Of a DNA stretch of 32,000 bases, positions 1-7,425 are shown one piece after another (the stretch's first letter is position 1; each line of letters begins with the position of its first letter). A model generated the notes under the pieces. That model was given only the letters and a program-made list of their open reading frames with translations. It was not told the origin of the DNA and did no database searches. Where the stretch lies: contig OZ253438.1 of NCBI GenBank assembly GCA_965261025.1, forward strand, positions 600,001-632,000. Direction: 5' to 3'. Both the position numbers and the translations under genes were made by a program. This stretch comes from Chlamydiales bacterium (GTDB lineage Bacteria > Chlamydiota > Chlamydiia > Chlamydiales > SM23-39).

Positions 1-137
1 CTACGCTCAAACATAGACTGGTTAAGACTTTTACTTTAGTAGAAGGAGAGGCTATGGAACTTACTCATCTGATTGAACCAAACTTTTCTGAAAAAAAACC
101 TTCTAAAAAATCTCCTAGAAAAGAGAAGCAAACATGA
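1..137 (+). CDS. 3' end of an upstream ORF truncated by the window edge, possibly the ExbB/TolQ-type partner of the next gene
   Basis: The frame is open from nt 3 to TGA at 135-137. The ATGA overlap with the next start at 134 suggests translational coupling. Only 44 C-terminal residues (...TLVEGEAMELTHLIEPNFSEKKPSKKSPRKEKQT) are visible, so the identity rests on synteny logic only. Confidence 0.3.
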   Translation, partial: TLKHRLVKTFTLVEGEAMELTHLIEPNFSEKKPSKKSPRKEKQT

Positions 138-595
138 GTCTTATTCCAGAGGAAGAGCTGCAAAAAAGTGCTACTTTACCTTTTGCTCCTATGGTAGATT
201 TTTTATTTTTGATGTTAGCTCTTTTTGCTACACTGGCTCTTTCTAGAAGCTCTTTATTTGATACTCAGATAGAGCTTACCCAGCTCAAACCGGATAAAAA
301 AACCTCTTTCTATTCTTCTTCTAAATTACAACAAATCCATTTGGGTATCGATGAAAAAGGGGGATATCGCTGGGTTACAGAATTTCAAAGCTATCCTATG
401 AAAGATATAGCTTCGGTTCAGGAAGAGCTTTTGAAACAATATAGCTTGGGGCTACTTCCTGAGAATAAAGAGCAATTAGAGATTTTTCTTCATATTGATA
501 AAAAAGCGAATTGGGATTCTATTGCCCATTTAATCTTCGGGGTAAAAGAACTAGGCTTTCCCATCTATCCTGTATATACCCCTTCCGAAAAATAA
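134..595 (+). CDS. exbD: ExbD/TolR family biopolymer transport protein
   Basis: 153 aa with a short cytoplasmic N-terminus, one TM helix (PMVDFLFLMLALFATLAL) and a periplasmic domain. This is the ExbD/TolR architecture, including its N-terminal P-x-V-D-x-x-F-x-L-L motif. Confidence 0.75.
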   Translation: MSLIPEEELQKSATLPFAPMVDFLFLMLALFATLALSRSSLFDTQIELTQLKPDKKTSFYSSSKLQQIHLGIDEKGGYRWVTEFQSYPMKDIASVQEELLKQYSLGLLPENKEQLEIFLHIDKKANWDSIAHLIFGVKELGFPIYPVYTPSEK

Positions 596-600
596 GTGCC

Positions 601-1059
601 TTAAGAATCTAAAAAACGCTTTCCTTTTCTAGGAGGCTGATTCTCCTTTACCCTTGGCAAGGTTTTTTCTGTATAAAGGCTTTGTAGAAAAGAAAGCCTT
701 GTTTGAAGCTTTTGATATTCCCTCCAAGAAGGACTTTCTTTCATCTGTAAAATGCTAAGAAGCATTTGATGGACTGCTATCAGTTTTTTTTCATATAAAG
801 AATCTTGCATCTCGATTTTTACTAAAAACTGGTAAAGTAAGGTGTGAGTAATTTCCTGTAAAAGGTGATTTTTTTCCTCTACTAAAACTACAAACTGATT
901 TCTAGCTTCAAAGCTATGAGGAAAGATTTTTTCCATCTTTTTCAGAAAAGAGGCAAGACCCTCTACTTTTTCTTCTAAATCTAAAAGTAAAGCCCTTTCC
1001 CTTCCCTCAAAGGCAATTGCAGGGAGAAGAAAAAGAAGGAATAAAAATATTTTTCTCAT
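601..1059 (-). CDS. hypothetical secreted helical protein
   Basis: 152 aa with a signal-peptide-like N-terminus (MRKIFLFLLFLLPAIAFEG). The rest is helical and charged, and I recognise no family. Confidence 0.45.
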   Translation of the reverse strand: MRKIFLFLLFLLPAIAFEGRERALLLDLEEKVEGLASFLKKMEKIFPHSFEARNQFVVLVEEKNHLLQEITHTLLYQFLVKIEMQDSLYEKKLIAVHQMLLSILQMKESPSWREYQKLQTRLSFLQSLYTEKTLPRVKENQPPRKGKRFLDS

Positions 1060-1108
1060 AGCTCAAGAAATAACTAAGCCCTTCTTTTTTTTAAAGGCTC
1101 CTTTTCTA

Positions 1109-1138
1109 TTGACGAAAAACTTTTCTAAACCATACAGT
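1109..1138 (+). promoter_or_regulatory. candidate sigma70/sigma66-type promoter for tRNA-Leu
   Basis: TTGACG (1109-1114), an 18-nt spacer, then TACAGT (1133-1138). This places a start site about 8-10 nt upstream of the mature tRNA 5' end. Confidence 0.3.
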
Positions 1139-1153
1139 TTCTACTGTATAAAG

Positions 1154-1235
1154 GCCCAGGTGGTGAAATTGGTAGACACGCCAGACTTAGGATCTGGTGC
1201 CTTACGGTGTGTAGGTTCGAGTCCTATCCTGGGCA
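1154..1235 (+). tRNA. tRNA-Leu, anticodon UAG (type II tRNA with long variable arm); CCA not encoded
   Basis: The cloverleaf can be read directly. Acceptor GCCCAGG (1154-1160) pairs with CCTGGGC (1228-1234), with discriminator A at 1235. The D-arm GTGAAATTGGTAGACAC is typical of tRNA-Leu. The anticodon stem is CCAGA/TCTGG with loop CTTAGGA and anticodon TAG at 1188-1190. There is a long variable arm (TGCCTTACGGTGTGTA) and a T-arm GTAGG-TTCGAGT-CCTAT. Confidence 0.93.
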
Positions 1236-1240
1236 TATTG

Positions 1241-1286
1241 CCGAACGTTTTTTCAGAAATGCTCAAACGTTCGGCTCTTTTGTTTT
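1241..1286 (+). terminator. intrinsic terminator after tRNA-Leu
   Basis: A perfect 10-bp inverted repeat, CCGAACGTTT (1241-1250) and AAACGTTCGG (1265-1274), with a 14-nt loop. It is followed by the T-rich tail CTCTTTTGTTTT. Confidence 0.55.
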
Positions 1287-1316
1287 CTACCGTTTTTGAT
1301 TCCTTGGCTCTCCTTC

Positions 1317-1346
1317 TTGACAGCTTAGAGAAAAATATAAGATAAT
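1317..1346 (+). promoter_or_regulatory. candidate promoter of the kbl-tdh operon
   Basis: A consensus -35 TTGACA (1317-1322), an 18-nt spacer and -10 GATAAT (1341-1346). It lies about 27 nt upstream of the kbl ATG. Confidence 0.45.
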
Positions 1347-1372
1347 ACCCCCCAAAATGAAAAGGGGGCTTT

Positions 1373-2566
1373 ATGGGATCTTCTTTTTTTACCTTTTTAG
1401 AGCAAGAACTAGACTCTCTTCAAAGAAAAGGTTTATATAAAAAAGAGACTATTTTAACGAGCGCACAGAAATCTTATGTAAATACGAAAGATCAAAAGTT
1501 AATCAACCTGTGTGCTAATAACTATCTAGGCCTTTCCAACCATCCAGAAATTGTAGAGGCTGCTATAAAAACAGCAGAGAAATATGGTTTTGGTCTATCT
1601 TCTGTTCGCTTTATCTGTGGAACACAAGATATCCACAAACAGCTCGAAACAAAGATAGCTTCATTTTTACAAAAAGAAGAGGCCCTTTTATACTCTTCTT
1701 GTTTTGATGCTAATGGGGGTATTTTTGAAACCCTTTTTACCAAAGAAGATGCGATTTTCTCAGACTCTTTAAACCATGCCAGCTTGATCGATGGGATTCG
1801 TCTTTGCAAAGCACAGAGATTTCGTTTCGAAAATAATAACTTAGAAGATCTTGAAGAAAAGCTTCTGCAAGCAAAAGGTTCCCGCTTTCGCATTATCGTA
1901 ACAGATGGGGTTTTTTCCATGGATGGGACAATAGCTTCTTTGGCTGAGATTTGCCAACTTGCTAAAAAATATGATGCTTTGGTCATGATCGATGATTGCC
2001 ATGCAACAGGTTTTTTAGGAGAAAAAGGAAGAGGAACCCATGAGTATTGCAAAGTGGTACAAGAGGTAGATATTATTTCTGGGACTTTGGGAAAGGCCTT
2101 GGGAGGAGCCAGTGGAGGATTCATTGCAGGAAAAAAAGAAGTTATCCGTATGCTGAGACAAAGATCAAGACCCTATCTTTTCTCCAATTCTTTGGCCCCC
2201 ATGATTGTGGGAGCATCTTTAAAGGCTTTGGATCTTTTGGAAAAAAATCCGTCTTTTAGAAAGACGCTTTGGAGCAATACCTCCTATTTTCGGGAACAAA
2301 TCCTTTCTTTGGGATTTACCATTACCTCTCAAAACCATCCTATTATTCCTATTCTGATAGGCGATGCAAAAGTGGCTTCTCAAATGGCACAAAAGCTAAA
2401 GGAGCAAGGCGTTTTAGCCGTTAGTTTTTCTTATCCTGTAGTACCGGAAAACAAGGCTAGAATTCGCACACAAATGTCTGCCGCCCATACGAAGGAAGAC
2501 TTAAGTAAAGCCCTTTATGCTTTTGAAAAAATAAAAAAAGAAGCCCCACAACCAATCGGAGTGTAA
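1373..2566 (+). CDS. kbl: 2-amino-3-ketobutyrate CoA ligase (glycine C-acetyltransferase), PLP-dependent
   Basis: 397 aa of the alpha-oxoamine synthase family: NNYLGL, FICGTQ..H..LE, SCFDANGG, DSLNHASLIDG and the PLP-lysine region FSMDG. It has a good SD (AAGGGGG) and sits immediately upstream of tdh, the classic kbl-tdh pair. Confidence 0.9.
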   Translation: MGSSFFTFLEQELDSLQRKGLYKKETILTSAQKSYVNTKDQKLINLCANNYLGLSNHPEIVEAAIKTAEKYGFGLSSVRFICGTQDIHKQLETKIASFLQKEEALLYSSCFDANGGIFETLFTKEDAIFSDSLNHASLIDGIRLCKAQRFRFENNNLEDLEEKLLQAKGSRFRIIVTDGVFSMDGTIASLAEICQLAKKYDALVMIDDCHATGFLGEKGRGTHEYCKVVQEVDIISGTLGKALGGASGGFIAGKKEVIRMLRQRSRPYLFSNSLAPMIVGASLKALDLLEKNPSFRKTLWSNTSYFREQILSLGFTITSQNHPIIPILIGDAKVASQMAQKLKEQGVLAVSFSYPVVPENKARIRTQMSAAHTKEDLSKALYAFEKIKKEAPQPIGV

Positions 2567-2569
2567 AAC

Positions 2570-3664
2570 ATGAAAGCCTTAGGAAAATTAAAACCAGGAA
2601 AGGGTCTTACTCTTTATGAAGCTCCGGTGCCGGAAATAGGATCTAATGATCTTTTAATTCAGATTGAAAAGACCGCAATTTGTGGAACTGATATCAACAT
2701 ATATGAGTGGAAAGAGTGGGCTCAAAAAAATGTTGCTACCCCCTTGACAGTAGGGCATGAGTTTGTTGGGGTTATCTGCAAAATGGGGGAAAAAGTAGAA
2801 GGATTTCAGATAGGAGATCGTGTCTCAGGAGAAGGCCATTTAGTTTGCAAGACCTGTAGGAACTGTAGAGCAGGAAGAGAGCATCTTTGTAAGAATACCG
2901 TGGGGCTGGGATACCATCGAACGGGGTGTTTTGCGCAATACTTAGCTTTACCTGCTAGTAATGCCTACAAAATTCCTGAGGATATTCCAGACGAGGTAGC
3001 TGCTATTTTAGATCCTTTGGGAAATGCAGTACATACCGCTCTTTCTTTTGACCTTGCTGGAGAAGATGTCTTAATCACAGGGGCGGGCCCCATTGGAATT
3101 ATGACAATTAAACTGGCACGGTTTTTAGGAGCAAGGCATATCGTAATCACAGAAATAAATGAAGAAAGATTAAAACTCGCTCAAAAAGAAGGGGCCACAA
3201 GAGCTATTAATCCTACGAAGACATCCTTAGAACAGGTTATGAAAGAGCTAGGCATGAGAGAAGGATTCGATGTGGGACTGGAGGTATCAGGAAGCCCTTC
3301 TGCCTTAAACGATATAATAGCTTCGATAAACCATGGGGGAAAGATTGCTCTTTTAGGAATTTTACCCTCTTTTGTAGGTGTAGACTGGATTAGTGTAGTT
3401 TTTAAAAGCCTTACCTTGAAAGGAATCTACGGTAGAGAAATGTATGAGACGTGGTATAAGATGACCTCTTTTTTACAAAGCGGTTTGGATGTATCTTCCG
3501 TAATCACTCACCAATTTCCTGCCGAAGAATTTGAAAAAGCCTTCTCTACTATGAGAGGAGGTAGTTGCGGTAAAATTATCCTAGACTGGAGCTATCTAAA
3601 TCCGAAGAAAGAAAAGCAAGAGAGCCAGCAAAAAGACCTAGAAAGGGTTCTTTCTCTGAAATAG
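2570..3664 (+). CDS. tdh: L-threonine 3-dehydrogenase (zinc-dependent MDR family)
   Basis: 364 aa. N-terminus MKAL.KLKPG.GL.L.E.PVPE...[25 protein letters not shown], the structural-zinc Cys cluster C..C..C.....C, and the Rossmann motif GAGPIG. It carries about 23 extra C-terminal residues after ...GKIILDW. Confidence 0.92.
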   Translation: MKALGKLKPGKGLTLYEAPVPEIGSNDLLIQIEKTAICGTDINIYEWKEWAQKNVATPLTVGHEFVGVICKMGEKVEGFQIGDRVSGEGHLVCKTCRNCRAGREHLCKNTVGLGYHRTGCFAQYLALPASNAYKIPEDIPDEVAAILDPLGNAVHTALSFDLAGEDVLITGAGPIGIMTIKLARFLGARHIVITEINEERLKLAQKEGATRAINPTKTSLEQVMKELGMREGFDVGLEVSGSPSALNDIIASINHGGKIALLGILPSFVGVDWISVVFKSLTLKGIYGREMYETWYKMTSFLQSGLDVSSVITHQFPAEEFEKAFSTMRGGSCGKIILDWSYLNPKKEKQESQQKDLERVLSLK

Positions 3665-3708
3665 GAAAACAGCCTTGCAGTTGGAAAACCACATCCTAGT
3701 GTTAGCCC

Positions 3709-4119
3709 TTAGAGTCCCTTATGTAGCTTTTTGAGGTCTTTTTCCAATAAGGAAAGATTAAATCCCTTATTTAGGTGTCCGCACAGAGCCTGATAGGCTT
3801 CCTTGATTTTTCCTCCAATTCCGCCGGAGATAGCATAAGCTTGATTCATTAAGGGAACAATGGCCCTTATATCAGGCTCTAGTATCTGAAAGGAGTGAAT
3901 TTTTAATCCTTCTACGTCAAAAAGGTGGGATAATTTTTCTGAAGGGTCTTTAGCAGAAGTATGTTTTCTATTGGCTGTAGCTATCTTTTTTGCACTGGTC
4001 TTTTGCTTTTCTCTCATCTTTGAGACATGTAATAAAATTTTTCCTAAGAGAGTTTTCAATTTTTTTTTGGACTCTATAGGAACACCTTTTTTCTTTCTAA
4101 TACCCTTTCTTCTGATCAT
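3709..4119 (-). CDS. hypothetical protein with a strongly basic Lys/Arg-rich N-terminal half
   Basis: 136 aa with a strong SD (GGGGAAGGGGAG) just upstream of the ATG. About the first 60 residues are rich in K/R (IRRKGIRKKKG, SKKKLK, KQKTSAKKIATANRKHTSAK). I recognise no family. Confidence 0.5.
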   Translation of the reverse strand: MIRRKGIRKKKGVPIESKKKLKTLLGKILLHVSKMREKQKTSAKKIATANRKHTSAKDPSEKLSHLFDVEGLKIHSFQILEPDIRAIVPLMNQAYAISGGIGGKIKEAYQALCGHLNKGFNLSLLEKDLKKLHKGL

Positions 4120-4286
4120 GCTCCCCTTCCCCTTGTGTTGTATTTCTCACCTTGCCTAATTAAAAAATCTAATTCATATAAATGTCAATTGTTTCCTTGA
4201 TTCTCAAGAAAAGAAGCAAATAAGGGCCTTTTAGAGGCGAAAAAAATAAAAGTGGCTTCCTGAAAAGGGATCTATAGCTTTTCTCC

Positions 4287-4315
4287 TATTTAAATATCTC
4301 TTTCTCAGATATAAT
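4287..4315 (+). promoter_or_regulatory. possible promoter upstream of the nucleotide translocase gene
   Basis: A perfect -10 TATAAT at 4310-4315, about 35 nt upstream of the ATG. The -35 is poor (TATTTA at 4287-4292). A 6-bp inverted repeat, ATATCT (4294-4299) and AGATAT (4307-4312), overlaps the -10. Confidence 0.25.
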
Positions 4316-4349
4316 CTGGCGGGTGGTTTAAATTGTAAAGCAAATTTTT

Positions 4350-5861
4350 ATGAAAACACCCCCACTCGGCAAGTGGCGACAAAGACTTTGGCCTGTTCAC
4401 TCTTTTGAGTTACGCAAGTTTTTGCCTCTTCTGTTCATGAAGTTTTTTATTTCTTTCAACTTCAGTATCCTTCTGTCTTTAAAAGATACTTTTGTCGTTA
4501 CGGAAAAAGGCTCTGGAGCAGAAGTAATTCCTATTTTAAAGGGGTGGATAGTTCTCCCTTTTGCTCTTTTGGCTACTGCCTTTTACTCTAAACTTTCCAA
4601 TCTATTTCGTAGATCTACTCTTTTTTATGGAATCTTGAGCTTTTTTCTCCTCTTCTTTGTAGTATATGCTTTCTTTCTTTATCCAAATAAAGAGCTTTTA
4701 TCACCCCATGCCTCTTCGGATTGGCTGATTAGCAAGGTAGGATTTAAGTACCAGAACTGGGTTGCTATTTATCGTAATTGGATGCAAGCCCTTTTTTTTG
4801 TTACTTCAGAACTTTGGGGAGGAATTGTTTTTTTCCTCCTTTTTTGGGGGTTTGTGAATCAGATCAGTTCTGTAGGAGAGGCAAAAAGGTATTATACTCT
4901 ATTTATTGCAGCAGGAGACACAGCAGCTATTTTGACAGGACCTTTGGTCGCTTTTTTTGCACAGAAGTATGGCCCCTCGAACTTCTGCTATGCACTCCAG
5001 TGGCAAACTTCTTTTCTTGTGGGCTTCGGGATTATTATCATGGCTTTACATTACTGGCTTACAAGAAAAGTATTAATAGATCCCCAACAGCTTCCTTTGG
5101 AGAATTCTTCGGAAATTGAAAAAAAGACCACCTTGTCCTTGGTGCAAGCCTTGAAAAAGATTTTCTCCTCCAAACCCTTAAGGTGTCTTGCCGTCATGGT
5201 AATAGGATATGGTTTTGCAATTAGCTTAATTGAAATAAGCTGGAAGGCAAATCTTCGCCTTGCATACCCTAACCCCCATGAATACCAAGCTTTCTTTGGA
5301 AAATTGATTTCCCTAATAGGGATAGCCTCTTTAGTGGTTGCTTTTTTCTTCAGTGGTAATTTTATTCGAGTTTTGGGATGGCATTTTAGCGCTCAGATCA
5401 CGCCTGTTTTAGTGGGGGGTACAGGGGTTTTATTCTTGTTGCTCCTTCTTTTCCAGGATAAACTAGGATTTTTTTCCCATTATTTGGGAATTACCCCTCT
5501 ATTTTTGCTAGTCTTTTTTGGGGCCTTTCAGAATGTAATAAGTAAGGTAGTAAAGTATTGTTTTTTTGATCCCACTAAGGAAATGGCTTTTATACCCCTA
5601 GATCTTGAGTCTAAGGTAAAAGGTAAAGCTGCAGTAGATATTGTAGGCTCTCGGCTAGGAAAAGCAGGTTCCTCTTGGATTCAGGTTGCCTTGATTACCC
5701 TTTCCAGTACCGGCTCTGTTCTTTCTATTACTTCTTTGCTTATGCCTTTTATCGCAGTTACCGTGGCTTTTTGGATTTACTCTGTAAAGACCTTAAATAA
5801 ACAGTTCTTACAGACCCCTGCTGAAGAGGGCTCTATAGAAGAAGAGCTAGAAACAAACTAA
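4350..5861 (+). CDS. ntt: nucleotide transport protein of the TLC/NTT (ATP/ADP translocase) family
   Basis: 503 aa and polytopic, about 11-12 TM. The N-terminal signature ...W.V...ELRKFLP..FM.F.I.FNF.ILR/L..KD..VV...GSGAEVIP.LK.W..LP is typical of chlamydial and rickettsial Npt/Tlc proteins. Substrate (ATP/ADP, other NTPs or NAD) cannot be read from the sequence. Confidence 0.9.
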   Translation: MKTPPLGKWRQRLWPVHSFELRKFLPLLFMKFFISFNFSILLSLKDTFVVTEKGSGAEVIPILKGWIVLPFALLATAFYSKLSNLFRRSTLFYGILSFFLLFFVVYAFFLYPNKELLSPHASSDWLISKVGFKYQNWVAIYRNWMQALFFVTSELWGGIVFFLLFWGFVNQISSVGEAKRYYTLFIAAGDTAAILTGPLVAFFAQKYGPSNFCYALQWQTSFLVGFGIIIMALHYWLTRKVLIDPQQLPLENSSEIEKKTTLSLVQALKKIFSSKPLRCLAVMVIGYGFAISLIEISWKANLRLAYPNPHEYQAFFGKLISLIGIASLVVAFFFSGNFIRVLGWHFSAQITPVLVGGTGVLFLLLLLFQDKLGFFSHYLGITPLFLLVFFGAFQNVISKVVKYCFFDPTKEMAFIPLDLESKVKGKAAVDIVGSRLGKAGSSWIQVALITLSSTGSVLSITSLLMPFIAVTVAFWIYSVKTLNKQFLQTPAEEGSIEEELETN

Positions 5862-6832
5862 TCTTTGAAAGGGGATAGCGCCCAGTTCAAAAGCACATCA
5901 TCCATCCAATGAAATTTTCCTTTTAAAGGACTCCCTAAAAAGCCCAAATGCCCTCCATACTTGGTCTTAAATATTTGGATATTTTTAGCAAGTTTAATCC
6001 CGTCTAAACAAGTAGAGGGAATAATGGGGTCATCCTCAGCAAATAAGATATAGCAGGGAACCTCTATTTCGGGAATAACCCAAACAGAGCTGGCTCTCTC
6101 GTAATAGTCCATAGCACTTTTAAATCCTGATTGAGGGGCTGTATAGAGTTCATCAAATAACATCAGATTCATCTCTTTAGGAAAGTGCACTTTAGGAACA
6201 TCAGGGAACTTTTTTTCCCGATATTTGACGCCCAATTTTAAAAGACGTAAGAAATACCTCTCATAAAATCGGTTCTTTTCCTCTCCTAAAAGCTGAATAC
6301 TAGAATAAAGGTCTGTAGGGGGAGATAAAGAGATTACCCTGGTGATGTACTCTTTTCCTAAAGGCCCTAGCTCTCCTGCTAATTTTAGGACAATGTTTCC
6401 CCCCAGAGAAAAACCCATTAAGGTCAAAGCAGATCTTGGAAGAAGGTCTTTTATGTACTTTAAGGCCTCTAAGATATCATCACTTCTACCACTGTGATAG
6501 ATTTGCTTTGCTCTACCCTTTCCGCTACCACATCCTCTTAAATTAACCCTAACAGAGGCAATTCCTGCTTTGTATAATTTCTTGCTAAGCCTGACCAAAT
6601 AAGGAGAGTTATGAGATCCACACAGGCCATGTACCATAACCACAGTAGGATCGGTTTCCTTCCACTCTTTGGGAATAGCGACTTCTATAGCAATTTGATC
6701 TTTATCTGGAAGATCTACAAAATGAGTCTTAGAACGAATCACTTTTTTCCATGTGAAAAAGGAGCCCAGGATCGTTTGTCTATGGGAACCAACTAGAAAA
6801 GGAAAAGGATTAAAAGGAAGCTCCGTGCTCAA
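5858..6832 (-). CDS. alpha/beta-fold hydrolase, YheT/ABHD1-3-like
   Basis: 324 aa. It has an oxyanion-region HG motif (VMVHGLCGS), the nucleophile elbow GFSLGGN, a downstream acidic residue in FAEDDPIIP and a His in YGGHLGF. Together these form a complete Ser-Asp-His arrangement in the usual order. Confidence 0.8.
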   Translation of the reverse strand: MSTELPFNPFPFLVGSHRQTILGSFFTWKKVIRSKTHFVDLPDKDQIAIEVAIPKEWKETDPTVVMVHGLCGSHNSPYLVRLSKKLYKAGIASVRVNLRGCGSGKGRAKQIYHSGRSDDILEALKYIKDLLPRSALTLMGFSLGGNIVLKLAGELGPLGKEYITRVISLSPPTDLYSSIQLLGEEKNRFYERYFLRLLKLGVKYREKKFPDVPKVHFPKEMNLMLFDELYTAPQSGFKSAMDYYERASSVWVIPEIEVPCYILFAEDDPIIPSTCLDGIKLAKNIQIFKTKYGGHLGFLGSPLKGKFHWMDDVLLNWALSPFKD

Positions 6833-6840
6833 AACACTCT

Positions 6841-6932
6841 CTCTTCTATTTAATTATTAATCTACAAAAAAATTAAATTAATTTTAAGAAAAAAGTTAAT
6901 TATTTAATTATGTCTAAAAAATAATTAATTTA
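6841..6932. repeat. extremely AT-rich spacer with five copies of the palindromic core TTAATT(A)
   Basis: TTAATT(A) occurs at 6850, 6878, 6896, 6904 and 6925, within about 80 nt that contain only about 10 G/C (roughly 90% A+T). It lies between the PagL-like stop and the hydrolase start on the minus strand. Confidence 0.6.
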
Positions 6933-7425
6933 TCGGGATGCTAATAAAAAATACAAGAGACTCTTCTCCTGGATTCTTTTTCCCTAGGCTTGCGTTAGAG
7001 ATATGATAGAAGTGGGCTCCTACCCTAGTAAAAGAGCGAAATTGCCAAGCCAACTCTACTCCAGAGCGAAATTCCAAAGGAAAATGAAGATCTTTCCCTC
7101 CCCCTTTTCGATACCACCCAGCAGCAAAGTTGGGAGAAAAAACAAAACGGTTTTTCCCAATCCATTCAAATCCTCCCCCTGCGTATAGATAAGTAGAACC
7201 GTTTATGGTAAACATAAAACCTATCAAAGGGCGAAAAGTATACCACTCAAAAGAGGGTTTATACTCCATGCGAAACTCCTCTGTCTGATGCCTATTATGG
7301 CGCACTATTTCAAAAATTCCTCCTCCAAGAGAAAGAAGCGCCGGTTTTTCCTTTGCTACTAAAGAAAAGCTACAAAAGATCAGGAAAAAGCTTTTTCTAA
7401 AAAGCCAAAAACATAAATTTTTCAC
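6925..7425 (-). CDS. PagL-like lipid A 3-O-deacylase / acyloxyacyl hydrolase outer-membrane protein
   Basis: 166 aa with a signal peptide and a small beta-barrel-like alternating pattern. The C-terminus EFRSGVELAWQF...RVGAHFYHISNASLGKKNPGEESLVFFISIPIN lines up closely with the PagL C-terminus as I remember it from P. aeruginosa (NFEDRIGAGLKF...GVRAIHYSNAGLKQPNDGIESYSLFYKIPI), including the catalytic H-x-S. Confidence 0.78.
   Translation of the reverse strand: MKNLCFWLFRKSFFLIFCSFSLVAKEKPALLSLGGGIFEIVRHNRHQTEEFRMEYKPSFEWYTFRPLIGFMFTINGSTYLYAGGGFEWIGKNRFVFSPNFAAGWYRKGGGKDLHFPLEFRSGVELAWQFRSFTRVGAHFYHISNASLGKKNPGEESLVFFISIPIN

Noticed and set aside
1109-1345. 78-aa ORF in the track spanning the tRNA region
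   Set aside because: It is read straight through a well-formed tRNA-Leu and its terminator hairpin. There is no SD, and the sequence is explained by the RNA gene.
1522-2124. 200-aa antisense ORF inside kbl. Similar shadow ORFs occur at 2047-2259, 2965-3150, 4778-5119, 6611-6796, 7003-7188, 12314-12607, 12743-12943, 13275-13592, 13751-13951, 14529-14807, 15705-15929, 16766-16963, 17554-17742, 19148-19426, 19410-19631, 20808-21044, 23470-23676, 24402-24698, 25785-26036, 26166-26375, 30397-30860 and 31245-31781.
   Set aside because: All lie within, or largely overlap, ORFs with strong family signatures. Their translations are low-complexity or biased (rich in S, F, K, L and R) with no recognisable motifs. 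They are typical alternative-frame or antisense artefacts of AT-rich coding DNA.
1154-4119. tRNA-Leu as a possible integration site of a genomic island (kbl-tdh plus the basic protein)
   Set aside because: There is no integrase, no recombinase and no direct repeat of the tRNA 3' end noticed downstream. The flanking genes look like ordinary metabolic genes with the same composition as the rest of the window.
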